From the NCBI RefSeq assembly GCF_009914755.1, contig NC_060926.1: a DNA stretch of 64,000 bases; one strand, 5' to 3'. Shown piece after piece: positions 29,323-42,714 of the stretch (position 1 is its first letter; the number at the start of each line of letters is the position of its first letter). The translations under genes were made by a program, and so were the position numbers. Below the pieces are notes generated by a model. It was not told where the DNA came from. It did not search any database and worked only from the letters and a program-made list of their open reading frames with translations. This stretch comes from the human T2T-CHM13v2.0 reference genome, Homo sapiens.

Positions 29323-30182
29323 GTCTAACTGCAATTTAATTACAAAAAGGAAATGCAGGTTGATGCTTTGCAGCTCCAGTTTGAATTCGCTTGGGAGAAG
29401 AAACCATGTCGAGTAGCTGGATATCTCAGCTCACTGAAGAGAAGACAGTTGGCCTAAGAAAGAATTCTCTTTCTCTGGAGTCTGGCAAGATTTCTGCAGT
29501 CCCAGGGAGGAATCAAAGTATTACTACCTAACTCTTGCAAAGATATTAGAATAAGCATATCAATAACACTCGGAACATATAAACACAGTATAGAAGTAAA
29601 AAAGAAATGAAATAAATCCATGCTGTTCATAGTTTAGTTTTGAATATACCTGAATAAATGTATTTTGTGGCCATTACATTATTTTTCTGATGCTTCAGGT
29701 GTTTGAACCATTGAAATATGGCTTGCTAAATTTGTTATTTAAAATGTTTTTGGACATATAATGATTCAAATTTGTAATGTTGAAATTCTCAAAAAATACT
29801 GGCTTTCTGTATTTTATTGTTCAATATATTAACTAATTAAATTTTGCACTAAATAAATTCCAAAAAGTAATGAATATTTCACTTCACATACTCAGACTCT
29901 TTAGACTTTAAAGAGGCTATTAACTGTTTCAATTAGTATTTGAAATATTTCTTGAAGTCCTGCTTCATTTTCTCATTTCTGCTCTTTGTAGACACCTTCG
30001 AGGGTGACCCAGCCTTCCTCCTGATCCTCTTTCCTAAAGGGTCGAGGAACCTCAGTCTTTAGAGGTGTAGCTGAGTTGTTGGGTTCTCCTTCTCTGACAC
30101 GAGGTCTCTCAAGGTGATCCACATTGAATTTTTCCATTAATTCAAATCTGACATCAATTTATTTTTATTAAACTAAATATTC

Positions 30183-30421
30183 AATCGTGTTCTCACATAA
30201 TTGGGAGCTAAGCTGTGAGGATGCAAAGTCATAAGAATATAATGGACTTTGGGGACTCAGGGAAGGGTAGGAGGGGGATGAGGAATAAAACTATACACTG
30301 GGTACAGTGTACACTGATCAGTTGATGGGTACACCAAAGTCTCATAAATCACCACTAAAGAACTTACCTATATAATCAAAACCCACCTGTTCCCCCAAAA
30401 CTGTTGCAATTAAAAAATAAA
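30183..30421 (+). mobile_element. L1PB-type 3' end
   Basis: GTTCTCACATAATTGGGAGCTAAGCTGTGAGGATGCAAAG...AATCACCACTAAAGAACTTA...CCACCTGTTCCCCCAAAAC plus A tail. Confidence 0.8.
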
Positions 30422-30715
30422 TGCTGAGTCATATTGTTACTCTAATGAATAACTGATTTTTATGGAGTAGACATTTCATAGCAATGCCTCATTCTCTAGT
30501 CTCATTTCTTCAACAAAATTATATTTTTATGCAGAATAGGAATATATACCTTTCCCAAGAATACAGTATTTGCTTTGCTTTTATGTGTAATACATATGGA
30601 CATATTGCTTTTTTTCCCCCCCTCCAAGTGCTAATTCTAGATTCTCACTATTTTTGATGTAGTGGTTATGTATTTATTCTTAGTTTAGTTTATGTTCTCA
30701 ACCATAGTTTTGAGA

Positions 30716-31968
30716 TATGAGGGGACTTCAAAAAGTTTGTGGAAAAATAAAATTAAAAGATAAAAATTAAAAAAAAACTTTATTTCTTCACGTAAGCTCC
30801 ATCAAATTCAAGACATTTTCGTAAGGCAAAATACCAGCCATGCAGTCCATCCCTAAACAAATGAAAGTCCTGGGAATTTAACCATGTCAATGCAGTTTAT
30901 TTTTATATTTTAAGTGAAGAAAAATGGGTGCTTTTTAAAGATTCTTTTAAGTTTGGGAAACAAAAAGAAGTCAGAAGGAGCCAAATCAGGACTGTAGAGT
31001 AGATGCCTATTGATTTCCCATCAAAACTCTCATAAAATTGCCCATGTTTGATTAGAGGAAGGAGCAGGAGCATTGCTGTGGTGGAGGAGGACTCTGGTGA
31101 AGCTTTCCTGGGTGTTTCTCTGCAAAAGCTTCAGTTAACTTTCTCAAAATACTCTCATAATAAGCAGATGTTATCATTCTTTAGCCCTCCAGAAAGTCAA
31201 TGAGCAAAATGCCTTGAGCATCCCAAAAAAACCATTGCCACGACCTCAGCTCTTGACTAGTACACTGTTACTTTGACTGGACCACTCCCACCTCTTGGCA
31301 GCCATTGCTTTGATTGTGCTTTTTTCATACTGGTAAAGCCATGTTCCATCTCCTGTTACAATTATTTGAAGACATCCTTTAGGATCTTTATCCCATTTGT
31401 TTAAATTTTCCATTGCAAGTCCTACTCTTGCCTGAAGCTGATCTGGGTGCAATGGTTTTGGCACTCATTGAGTGGAAAGTTTGCTTAACTTTAATTTTTC
31501 AGTCAGAATTGCATAACTTAAACCACTTGAGATGTTCATGATGTTGGCTATTATTTGTGCTGTTAATCATGAATCTTCTTCAATTAGGGCATAAACAAGA
31601 TGATTTTTTTCCTTGAAAATTTATGTGGATGGTCTGCTGGTGTGGGCTTCATCTTCAACATTGCCACATCCCTTCTTAAAACAAGTTATCCGTTTGTAAA
31701 TTGCTGATGTCTTTGGGTCATTATCCCCATAAATAAAGCATCAATGTTTCACCATTCTTCCTCTGAAGGTTCACTGTAAGTTTTATGCTTATTCTTGCTT
31801 CAATTTTAGCAGAATTCATGTTGCTTTATTATGGGCTTTTTCAAAGTGATCCTCATTAGACATGTCATAACAAGTTAGTACAAGTATGCGTTGGTGCCAG
31901 AAATTGAAATCCCTGCATAATTTTTTCATAATATGCATTTTCCGTGAATGTTTTCATGACTCCTTGTA
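30716..31968 (-). mobile_element. HSMAR2 mariner DNA transposon, near full length, defective transposase
   Basis: TA-flanked TIRs (TATGAGGGGACTTCAAAAAGTTTGTGGAAAA / TTTTCCGTGAATGTTTTCATGACTCCTTGTA). The ORF fragment at 31246-31464 (PKPLHPDQL...IVTGDGTWLYQY) carries the mariner WVP..L and TGDETW motifs. Confidence 0.9.
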
Positions 31969-33274
31969 AGCAAGCTTTAATGTTGAATGGATACAAAGGG
32001 ATGCTCCCTTTGGAAATTGATACCCATTAAATGGCAGAGAACACAACTGGTGGAAATACTTGTTTTCTCCTCTTAATTCAGCAAGTTGATTCAGAGTTCA
32101 TGGAGAACAGCTTGAAACACAAATTGAGCTCATTTTTAAATTTGTAGGTTTTTATTTGATGGGAAAAGGATAAAGATTACATATGGTCTTTGCAACAAAG
32201 GAAAATTCAGCATAGAAATGTACAATTCTTTCCAAATTGAACAGTTGGGGTGAACTGTATCAGGAGGAATATGACGGGTTCCTTGGAGATGATTAGGGAA
32301 GGCAAGTTGAGGCCTGAAGTGCAAACTTCTCTGTAATGTGCCTCGTCATCTTCTTACACGGTGGTTTAGAGACACCACAAACATTTTATCTTTGCCTTTT
32401 GAAATTCTGGGGAAGTGTCCTCCCCAAAAAATGATGCATCAAGCGATAAATAGGATTAAACAATTCCTCGGACAGACCTATATTGTTGAACCCATTTCAT
32501 GAGACAGACAAGGGATTGGGCACTGGAATCACGGAGATTGCAAAGTCAGGGCTAGGCCGGAAGTGCCATTGTGCATGGTGGCAGTGTGTCTGGGCCTTGG
32601 GAACATGGCTCACCTGTGTGCAGCTGCCTTCCCGTGCTGCCTTTCATGATGCCTCCCCTGCCTGTGATGATTAGCTTATATGACCATTTCAGTACTCAAT
32701 TCACCAAGTGAGGTTCTGGACCTTAATTTTCCAAGAGTGAAGGAGGACACCATCCATGGATGGGCAAAAAGTGTGTTTGAAAGTCATATTGACACATGAG
32801 ACAATCCTCTATGCAGGATTATAAAGGACCATGCTAACATCACTGTGCAGATCAGCATGTCTTTTGCCCAAAAGTGTCCCATCCCTCCCCTCTGTGACTT
32901 GGTCCTGTGCAAAGCCACAGCTGCAACTGTGTGACACTTTGTGTGGCAGGACATAATTGCCCTGGTGCAACTGGGTCCAAGTCTCTAAGATTAGAAAGGA
33001 TGGGACAAGGACCTGGTGCTAACAGTTAGCTCAGCTTCACCTCCGCTCTTACCTCTTGTTCTTTATTTAGTCTCCACTGGTTTCCATTTCATGCTAACAA
33101 CTTTGGGAGACTCCTGAGATATTCTCCTGGTTGATAGGGCCACATTGCACATGTTGGAAATAAAGACTTATCCTCTGGGATCCAACGTGATAGATTCAAT
33201 AGACATGTCTCCTGAGAAGGTCAAGGAGGGACATCTGGAAAGGCTGCAGTGAGCCAACACCTCTACCATGTTGT

Positions 33275-33695
33275 TGTCAACCTAAAAAACAGCAGAAAGA
33301 GATTCTCTTAAACAAAAGATATTTGGTAATATAGCACTGCAATAGGATTACACATACCATAATAACTATGTGCATATTCAGGGGGGTAAAGGAAGACAAA
33401 GGTTTTTAAAACATGAGGAGGACTACATAGTTGTTTTGAAATAATTATTCTTGGCTACAGAGATTAGTAACAAGGTTGGTGCCAGTCCTAGGTTGGACAG
33501 GAAGCTGCTGGGAAGTACTTGCAGAAGCATTTGTATATAAGGTTGTGATGGTCTTTGTGCAAGGTTGTGGTTTATGCAGAGTCTTTTTCGTTATCAGGCA
33601 TGCCAGTGTGAGACCTCTTCATGGCATTCCCTGGTTCTGTTTGTCAGGGTTACCTTAACATTAGTGACTCCAGTTTGATTCTGACAACTTTCCCA
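33275..33695 (-). mobile_element. ERV1 solo LTR (MER31-like)
   Basis: Reverse complement begins TGGGAAAGTTGTCAGAATCAAACTGGAGTCAC; TSD TTGT at 33271-33274 and 33696-33699. Confidence 0.75.
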
Positions 33696-36450
33696 TTGTT
33701 CAGTCACCCTAATGGAGAGTCATTTGGAACCCTTTACAAGAGTAGGTGTGGCACAAATCCTCCCTTATTGCAGGACGGATTGATCAATCCTCTGCTCTTC
33801 CTGTGGGGCCCTTTAAGGAGCTGCCAAGCAACTGCATTCCACACCAGGCAGCATGTAACAGAAGTGTCAGCACTTTCTGGCTGGGAATCAACAATCCTCC
33901 TATTCTCATCTTTTCTCCTAGTTTTTGGCAGAATTTTCTCCTGCTTGGACTTTCCTTGTACTTATGATGTGAGACACAGTAGCACCTTCCCAGCTGTGCC
34001 CCACAGTCCCCACACCAGCTTCCCTCATCTTTCTGCCTGAGCTCCCTTAGATGGCAGCCCTCTGTTCCCCTGGGGTCTTGAGATCTTCTACCCACCCTGA
34101 GTAGGGTTGCTCTTGGTTTATCTGAGCCCTGCAAGGGAAACTGATATCACCCTGTATAAATGTGCAGAATAATCATAAAATTGGAAAAAAAGCTAGTCCT
34201 GTAATTTAAAAATAAACATGAATATGAAGACTATAATGTACTGACAGTAGGAAAAAAGAACTCTTCTGGGAAATTCACTCTGCAGGAATGTTTTAAAAAT
34301 CAATTAAGATCTACAACAGCAGTAGCAACATAACCTCCATGCCACAAATCAAGGTAAGAGGCAAAATGCCTTAAACGTAATTCACATTTCTTAATTTTTT
34401 TTTCTTGTCGAAGACTGCATGGTTTGGCATTGCAATGTTGTATTCCAGAGTCCCCAGTTGTAGGTTGTAGATTAGTTCTAATTAGCTTAGTCTTTCACAT
34501 ATATCGCATATATGAAAGCTTTGCCATTCACTGTGGTTGCTAACAGACTGATGTCCTCATGATAAATCACGTTAGTACTAGGCATGGCCAGAAAAGAGAT
34601 CAATGTGTCTGTGACTGACTGGATCATCTGTTGGGTGGAATACACATTAGACAACAACTTGCATTGGACTTCTATTTAGAACTGAAATTTTGTGTTTTCA
34701 ATCCTGTATTTGACATTGCAAGGTGTGATAGTTGGCAAACATATATAATCTTAGTATTTGGCAATATTTTTAATGTGTACTTTATTTAAATAAATACATA
34801 TATGTTCTCTATCAAACACAGCTACGGAAGAGATCAAACACAATAAAACTCCAGGCTAACTCAGTGTTGAGATCATTGCACCTTTGCATTATTGGCTGAG
34901 TCCAAGTTATTGTCTACATGTATTTTATCTCCACATTGTAGATGGAGCAAGTTCAAATAGACTTTAGAGTTGAAATTGGAAATATGATAATCTATGTGAC
35001 AGGATTCAGTTTGATACATATAGTTCTTCACTGTATTACACAATTCCAATGCTTAATTTCCATATAGTGTTTTCTTCTATCATCTCACATAAAATTTTAA
35101 ATGTCAAAGTACAAACACCCCAGTTAAATGTCATTTGTGTTGACTTTTTCTCAAGAAAATTTAAAAATAGAAATTCCTGAAATAGACAATAAATGTAAGA
35201 ATTAGAAGCAATGCACCTGAAAGCAGTCCAGAAAATTCAAATTCAGTTCACCATGGAAAATACTTGCAGCTCCATGTGTGTTATGCACACACCTGTGCAT
35301 GTATACACATTTAATACGTATTAAAATTCACCTAGTCTTTAATCCTAGCTATAAGTAGCCACATTAAGGTGGAAAAATAGTAAATCATCTGAAGAGGAGA
35401 ATAAAATGGCTTCTGAAATATCTATAAGTTATGTAGATCTTAAAGTCTAGTAAAGATGTAAGAGCAAATCAGAAGGAGTGAGGTGCTCTCTAATGAAAAT
35501 TACTTTAAGTGTACAAATGATTAATGATGGGCCAATGTGTTTTCTGCTCATGTTAACTCAGATAATCTATTAGTTACAATAAAAAGCTGCCTGAGATGCA
35601 GCAGATTCATATAAAGGCATGATGAAATTCTGAGTTGCTCCCTCTAGGGTAAGTCTTCTTCAAGTGGGTACCAGCAGAAGCTGCCTCCTCCTAGCTTCCC
35701 TCTTCTTTCTAATCATAGACAAAATGAATAATTTGATTTGGTTATTATTTTTGTGCATTTTAAGGTAGGATTTTTTGGCTGTAGGATACAATTAACCTAT
35801 CAATAAGTCTTCACATATTTTTATTAAATTGCTTCCAGATTATAGTAGTTGGTGCACATCAAATGATATGATTGAGTCTTCTCAGGAAACCTGATTTATT
35901 CTGTGGAGCTGGAGCTCAAGAAAGTAAGGAAATTCCTCTGCTTTTGCTTTCAGCTGCTTTCGTCAACTGTGATGATTGTTACAGTTGGCCTTTGCTTCTT
36001 TAAGAGGAGCTCTTCAATAGTTCTTTCATGTGACACTTTCCTCTCGTTTACCAAGTCTTGAAAGCCTTAACCTTTGCATCATTCAGTAAGATGAACTTGA
36101 CTTTGAGCCATTAACTCCCTTGAGCTATCCTCTTGGAGTTGACATTGTTGTTTGTTTGCTGTTTTTCAGTGTTTATAAAATCAATGAGGTGATTGGCTAT
36201 GTGATACAATAGTAGAGGGTAGTGAAGAGGGAGGACGTGGAGGAAAGAGGAGAAGTTTGGCTAAAACAAATTTCTCTTTGGACACGAATGTTCAATATTC
36301 CTAATGATTAGAATTTGGGTCTAAAAAGAAGAAGAAAAACCCAATGTAAGAATTGCTTCTACAATATATGTATGTGAAACAACACCAAATGGATCCTACA
36401 GGATGGGGCTACATTTCAATTAATCTATACAAACCTCCAAATAGCCCAGA

Positions 36451-36494
36451 GTGTGTGTGTGCGTGTGTGTTTGTGTGTGTGTGTGTGTGTGTGT
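36451..36494. repeat. (GT)n microsatellite, interrupted
   Basis: Directly visible. Confidence 0.95.
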
Positions 36495-37199
36495 ATCTTC
36501 CTTTTGGAATCCTTTTCATTGCAAAGTAAGTTTTCTTAAGGTCATTTCCTTTTGGAGGAAAGAACTAAAAACATTTTCAGAATATGTGCTAGGGTTTGAA
36601 ATGAACAGTTATGGTGGTTCTTACATACCAGAGAAAATATGCAGGTAGATATTCTCTTGAATGACTAGGAGAAATGGTGATGATATTCCCTTTGAAAACA
36701 CAAAATGTTACAAAAATGCTAAATAACAAAGATAAAATGCTACTGACTCACTATAGTTTTGGTTATTATCAAAACTTGACTTCACTGACAATCAGGGTTG
36801 GTGAGTTGTAAGCATCAAACTGCAATTTGCTGGTTCCTGGGTTTCTGTTTAGATGAGGAGCTGTAGTTTGGATGTGCATTAATAAAGCTACCTCTGTATT
36901 TGACATACCTACCTATGATGATTTCATAACAGAATGAAGAGTCAATCCATGTCCTCAAAAATGACATCTTAAAAATCCACAAATTGAGTTTTATAGGCCC
37001 AATTATGTCAAATGTATCATCTGAGTAAAATTTTCATGTCAAGAATAATCATTATATCCCATTACCTTTAAAAAACATGAGCAACTAAATTATTTAAAAG
37101 TCCATCTAGATACTGACATTTCATTTTTTTCCAGCAGAAAATGTGAAAAAAGGTAAAAAAGGTAAGAAAAAGTCTTTCTTAAAAATATCTGAATGGTAG

Positions 37200-37945
37200 T
37201 GTAATTGTTGGGCAGGTTCTTCTTGCCCATTGCACAGATAAACCCAATCCACTGAGACAGCATTATTGCAGTAAAGAAATAGTTTAATTAACACAAGGCT
37301 GGCCAAGTGGAAGGGCAGATGTTTATTATTACTGTAATCAGCCTCCCTGAGAACTCAAAGACTAGGATTTTTATGGATTATTTGGTGGGCAGGGGGCTAG
37401 GGAATGGGTGCTGCTGATAGGTTGAGAAAGAGATCATATGGGTATGGGAAATGGTCCTCATGTGCTGAGTCTACCTCTGGGCTGGAGCCACAGGACCGGT
37501 TGAGTCATGAGCCATGGGTCTGGGTGAGGTCAATTGGTTGCCAGAATGCAAAAGTCTGAAAAACATCTTAAAAAACAATCTCAGGTTCTACAATAGTGAT
37601 ATTATCTCCAAGAGCAATTGGAAAAGTCACAACTCTTGTGACCTCTGACCACATGACTCCTGAGCAGTAAGGGAGTCATTTTAGCAGAATTCAGGCCTCT
37701 CACATAATCCTAATTTTGTGCCCTTTCATTAATCTTACAAAGACCATTTCAGTCCCTAAACAAGAAGGGGATTGATTTTAGGGAAAAACTGTTATCACCC
37801 TTGCTTAATTAAACTATAAATTCCCTCCATGATTAGCTTGGCCCACATCCAGAAGTGAAGACAGCCAGCCTGTGAGGCTTGAAGCAAGACTGAGTCAGCC
37901 ATGCTTGCCTTCGCTCACTGTCATATTTTTGCAAAGGCAGCTTCA
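37200..37945 (-). mobile_element. ERV1 solo LTR (MER50-like)
   Basis: TG...CA termini; reverse complement starts TGAAGCTGCCTTTGCAAAAATATGACAG; TSD GTAG at 37196-37199 and 37946-37949. Confidence 0.8.
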
Positions 37946-38344
37946 GTAGAATCTATGTTGTAGGTATGTAAGTGCTTAATGTAAAATACTTTCAACTTTG
38001 CCATAGGTTTTAAAATTTTTAGAGTAAGATGCTGCCAAAAAAAAATCTGTCTATTCTTAAGGCTTTGAGAACAATTACTGACACAAGCAGCTGACCAATT
38101 AAAAAGCAAGGAGATATCCCAAGTTTGGAAGAGAGTTAGCAGCTGTTCTACTCAGACCTTGACCAGCCCAGTGCCTCCCTGCTGTAGCCCTAATCGTAGG
38201 CCTCAGCTTCTGCGTCCTGCTCAAGCATGGCTTTATGACACAGTTTGCCCTCTTGCTGGGCATCTATAGAAGTAGAAAGTTTGCTCTCAACATTAAGTCA
38301 AAAGCTTCCTCCTTCTTAGTTATGCATTTTTTCCCATAGGTTAG

Positions 38345-38545
38345 GGTGGTGCCTCTCAACCTTGGTACAATAGACGTTTGGAGATGACCAATATTTGTTG
38401 TGGTGGCTGTGCTGTGCATTGTAGAATGTTTAGCATCATGCTGGGTCTCTACCCACTAGACTCCAAGAGGTTTCCCTAGTTGTGACAACAAAACATATGC
38501 CAAACATCCCCTGGAAGACATTCCCTGATGAGACCCATTGCTCTG
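38345..38545. mobile_element. MER20 (hAT-Charlie)
   Basis: CTCTCAACCTTGG...GCTGTGCTGTGCATTGTAGAATGTTTAGCATC...CTCTACCCACTAGA...GTTGTGACAAC. Confidence 0.8.
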
Positions 38546-38787
38546 GAGCAATTCCCAGTTATTTTTTCTTTTTTAAAGTGAAATGCTGCTGAGTAGTCAA
38601 TGTGTAATTTTCTAACCTAAAGCTAGAGTTTTATTTGTATCAGATTTCATCTCGTTGAATTGGAGATGTCATTCGACCTGTTGAAGTCTTTCTGAATTGT
38701 AACTTCCTTGTATCCTCTAAGCTCTCTCTTCTTGAGTCCTCTTTCTTGGCTGGGCAGCCAGGCAGGCTGATGTGGTAACCTGGCTTC

Positions 38788-39665
38788 TGCGTCCATCAGG
38801 ATCCCAGCAGAAAACAGATGCCTCACTCACTGGGTGACTGAGGAGAGTTTAATGCAGATTTACTGTCAGAGATAATGGCAGAATTTTAGAAATCAACAAG
38901 TTGTCATTCATAATTGCCAAAAGTTAGAAGCAACTCCTGTCATTGATAGATGGGATAAACAAAATGGGGTCTATCCATACAGTGGAATGTTACTCAGCCT
39001 TAAAAAGGAAGTAAATTCTGATGCATGCTGCAATATAGATGAGCCTTGAGGATATTGTGCTAAGTAAAAGCCAGTCACAAAGGGAAAGATTCTGTATGAT
39101 TCCACTTATATGAGGTCCCTGAGCAGACAACTTCATAAAGACAGAACGTAGAATGGTGGTTACTAGGGGTTGGTGGGGAGAGGAGAGTGGGGAGCAATTT
39201 ACCAGGTGCAGAGCATTAGCTTTGCAAGATGAAAAGAGTTCTGGAGATTGGTTGTGAATATATGTGGCCCTACTAACTGTGCACTTAAAAATGACTGTGA
39301 TGATAAATTTTGTGTTATGTGAATTTTACCACAACTTTTTAAAAACAAAAAACTAATGAGCAATAATGCGGTTCCCCAAAGCTCTCAACAGCCTTGGAGG
39401 AGCAAGATGAAGGCTCCCAGCCTTGAGTGTGTAGCTCTATGAAGAGGACTGCCTGACAGCAGCTGTGGCCTTCAGGGGGGATTTCTGGAGAGACACACAT
39501 GCGGAGAACAAATACATCAGGCTTCGTCTACTTGCTTGCTCCCTCTGATGTCTGCCATCACCTCCAATGGCAGAACCAGCCTGGAAGGCGACGACCCACT
39601 GATGTTACCTTTAGGGTCAGCTGTCTGGGGCACACAGCACAGAGGAGAAGAAGGGCCAGGGCCCT
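38788..39665 (-). mobile_element. ERVL LTR (LTR33-like) split by L1MB
   Basis: TCCATCAGGATCCCAGCAGAAAACAGATG...GAGGAGAGTTTAATG; resumes at ~39355 through GGTCAGC...GGGCACACAGCA. Confidence 0.55.
38902..39352 (+). mobile_element. L1MB-type 3' end
   Basis: CATTCATAATTGCCAAAAG...TGTATGATTCCACTTATATGAGG...GAATTTTACCACAA plus A tail. Confidence 0.85.
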
Positions 39666-40330
39666 GCAGCAGGTGGGGACATCCAGCTTAGGTCCCACTG
39701 GCACATGCTGAGGGGACAAGAGGGGTCTCTCCTTAAGCTCTGGCTTCAGAGACCCAGAGGGCAACATCTGGGACCTTTCAGAGGGGAATCAGAATCAGAA
39801 AAGGATGAAAAGACACATTCACCATGTAGAAATACACTGAATTGATTAAGGGGCCCTAAGAACATGCCCACAACAAAACCCAGCCCTTGAAGACACCCAC
39901 AGAGTGAGTAGCTGGTCACACCCAGTAAGCAGAAGCAGACAGCATGAGCACAGCGGGCCACCCCAGAGAGGAGCTTTTTATAGAGACTACATGACCAGCA
40001 AGGATGAACAGTCTTCACAGGTTTGTGTGTCCATGTAAGTTGCTATATGTCCTACATCATTCTCACAGTACTGGGTTCGTAGTTGGCGTCGCAGGGCTCT
40101 TCCCATTTAGTGGAAGGGTGGTGGTGGCCACCGATCTTCAAGCTTGGCCAAGAGAAATCTTAGAGCAGAGAGTAAAGAAACAAAAAGGAAATGAGCAGGA
40201 CTGATGTTTCTGGAGAGGAGGTGAAGGCAGCGGAGGGACACAGGCTTCTCTTCTCTGCCTTCTAAGGTGATCCCTGAATAGACACTCACAAGCCCCCCAG
40301 GCTCCATAAAGCATGGCATGGGATCTACAA

Positions 40331-40710
40331 GTGTCCTTGTCTGCTAGGGTTGCCATAGCAGAATGTCACTGACTGGGGGCCATAAACAACAGACATTTAT
40401 TCTCTCACAGTTCTGGAGGCTGGAAGTCCAGGATCAAGGTGCCTGCAGTTTCTCCTGAGGCCTCTCTCGTTGCCTTGCAGATGCTGCCTTGTCTGTCCTT
40501 ACATGGCCTTTCCTCTGTACCCAAGCGTCCCTGAGGTCTCTTTCTCTCCTTATGAGGACACCAGTCCTATTAGATTAGGGCCCCACCCTTATACCTCATT
40601 TAACCTTAATTACCTCCTTAAGGGCCCTATCTGCAAATACAGTAAGATTAGGGGTTAGGGCTTCCACATATGGATTGTGTTGCCCAAGACACAACTCAGT
40701 CTATAACAAC
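40331..40710 (-). mobile_element. MLT1A-type solo LTR
   Basis: AAACAACAGACATTTATTCTCTCACAGTTCTGGAGGCTGGAAGTCC...TTAACCTTAATTACCTCC. Confidence 0.85.
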
Positions 40711-40714
40711 TGGT

Positions 40715-40912
40715 AAGGTGAAAAGCATACAGGCTGCAAAATCAGACTAGCCCCACTTCGACTCACCTTGGGCAGATACTTTGACCTCATAGCAGGGACA
40801 ACATGGCTATCCTTAAGGATGGTGTTGTCAGGAACAACTCAAGTGAGAAAAATTCATGGAAAGTGCCTGGCATAGGACCTGACCCATGGTAGCGTCTTAA
40901 CAAATGTAAATG
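40715..40912 (+). mobile_element. MIR
   Basis: ACCTTGGGCAGATACTT...AAGTGCCTGGCATAGGACCTGACCCATGGTAG. Confidence 0.55.
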
Positions 40913-41261
40913 CCTTTCTCTTTCCCTTCAATTACAGTTTTCCAGTCTTGCCCTCTCTCACTCACCTCCCCAAGCCCTAATAAGCACACTAGAATCTATT
41001 GTTTTACAAAAATTCACTGACTTTATTTTATTTTTTCTTTATAATTGAAACATGAAAATTGTACATATTTATGGTATCCAACACGATGTCTCAATATATA
41101 TAAATATCTGTCCACACTGCCCAAAACGATTTACAGACTCAATGTGCTCCTTCTCAAAAATACCAGTGACATTCACAGAAATAGAAAAAAAATGTCCTAA
41201 AATTTGTATGGAACTGCAAAAGACCCAAATAGCCAAAGCAATCTAGAGCAAAAAAACAGAG

Positions 41262-42142
41262 ATAGTGAACTGAAAAGGGGTTAAGTCCACCGGTTGATTT
41301 AAGTGGCTCAGCTTAGGGAAGAGGAGAGTTAATGAAAGTAGGATGAGGAGTCAGATGGAGACTTCCTTAAGGAGAATTCTAAGTGTCTTTCAGGGTTTTT
41401 TGGTGAGGTTGCTGTCACTGTCAATTTTAGCTAATTTTAGTTCAAAACACAGGGTTTTGTTTGGGCGTTAAAATGTTTTATTCATACTACTCTCATGTTT
41501 AAAAGTCATCAGTAGGTGAAATGAAATGAAACAAATAGGAAGGAAAGAATTTTTCTCCAATAATCAGGCAAGGGCTGGTTTAAAGAAAGAAAGAGAAAAA
41601 TACAGTTACAGAGAATCTGCCTGGAATAAGTTTATGACCACTGCAGCCCAGATTGTCTCTGTTGTAGTCCCCACCCTATGAGATAAAAACAATGTTTCAA
41701 AAGTGAGACACTAGCTGAAGTTGCAATAAGAGTTAATCTGCCACACTCCTAAGGAACCTGGGTCCTTCTGCTTCACAGGCTCCCTGCTAGGGATTGAATG
41801 CTTGTGTCACCCTTACCCTAACTTCATATGTCGAGGCCTAATCCCCAGCGTGATGGTATTTGGAGGTGGGGCTTTTGGGAGATAATTAGGTCATAAGGGT
41901 GGAGTCCTCCTGAATAAGATTAAGGCCCTTATAACAAGGTATGAGAGAGACTGCTTCTTTCTCTGCTCTGTGAGGACACAGAAGACTGCCATCTGCAAGC
42001 CAGGAAGCAGGTTGTCATCAGGCACCAAATTTGCCAGCACCTTGATCTTGGATTTCCCAGCCTCCAGAACTGTGAGAAATAAATGTTTGTTGTTTAAGCC
42101 CCCCTCCCCACCCCCACCAAAAAACAAACCAAAAAACAAACA
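41262..42142 (+). other. Candidate retroposed non-coding transcript (unique ~520 bp + MaLR LTR cut at polyA site + A-rich tail)
   Basis: Splits contiguous L1 ORF2; AATAAA at 42078-42083; LTR stops ~17 nt later; C/A-rich tail; TSD-like CAAAAAAACAGAG (41249-41261) / CAAAAAACAAAG (42143-42154). Confidence 0.6.
41785..42100 (+). mobile_element. MaLR LTR (MLT1A/MST-like) lacking its 3' terminus
   Basis: TGCTAGGGATTGAATGCTTGTGTC...CAGCCTCCAGAACTGTGAGAAATAAATGTTTGTTGTTTAAGCC, then no U5 end. Confidence 0.85.
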
Positions 42143-42534
42143 CAAAAAACAAAGAATCATTACACTACCTGCACTACCTGACTTCAAAACATACTACAAA
42201 GCTATGCTAACTAGAACAGCATGGTACTGGCATAAAACAGAAACAGATGATTGCAAGAGAATAGAGAGCCCAGAAATAAATCTGCATGTTTACAGCCAAC
42301 TAATTTTTGACAAAACTGCCAATTGCACAAAATAGGGAGAGGTTACTCTCTTCCATAAATCATGCTGGGCAAACTATATATCCATGTGCTGAAGAATGAA
42401 ATTAAACCCTTATCTCTCACCATGTACAAAGACTAACTCGAAATAGATTAAAGACTTACATGTAAGACCTGAAACTATGGAAACAACTAGAGGAAAACAT
42501 AGGGGAAAAGGTCCATGACAGTGGTCTAGGCATA

Positions 42535-42714
42535 GACTTTATCTTTTAGAGCAGCTTAAGGGTTACAGAAAAATTGAATGGAAAATTGAGTTTCCATCTC
42601 TCCCTTTCCCTTCCCATATGGATTTTCCCCTATTATTAACATCTTGCGTTAGTGTGATACATTTGTTAACAACTGATGAATCAATATTAATATATTATTA
42701 ATTCAAGCCATAGT
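42535..42714 (-). mobile_element. L1MC-type 3' end (host of the inverted L1MA)
   Basis: TTTTAGAGCAGCTTAAGGGTTACAGAAAAATTGA...CCCCTATTATTAACATCTTGC. Confidence 0.65.

Larger units (their letters stand above)
41027..42534 (-). mobile_element. L1MA with 5' inversion (3' end on minus at 41027-41102; inverted ORF2 on plus at 41103-41261 and 42143-42534)
   Basis: Antisense L1MA 3' end (AAAATTGTACATATTTATGG) abuts sense ORF2 (..KIPVTFTEIEK..; [21 protein letters not shown]); candidate TSD GACTTTAT at 41019-41026 and 42535-42542. Confidence 0.75.
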
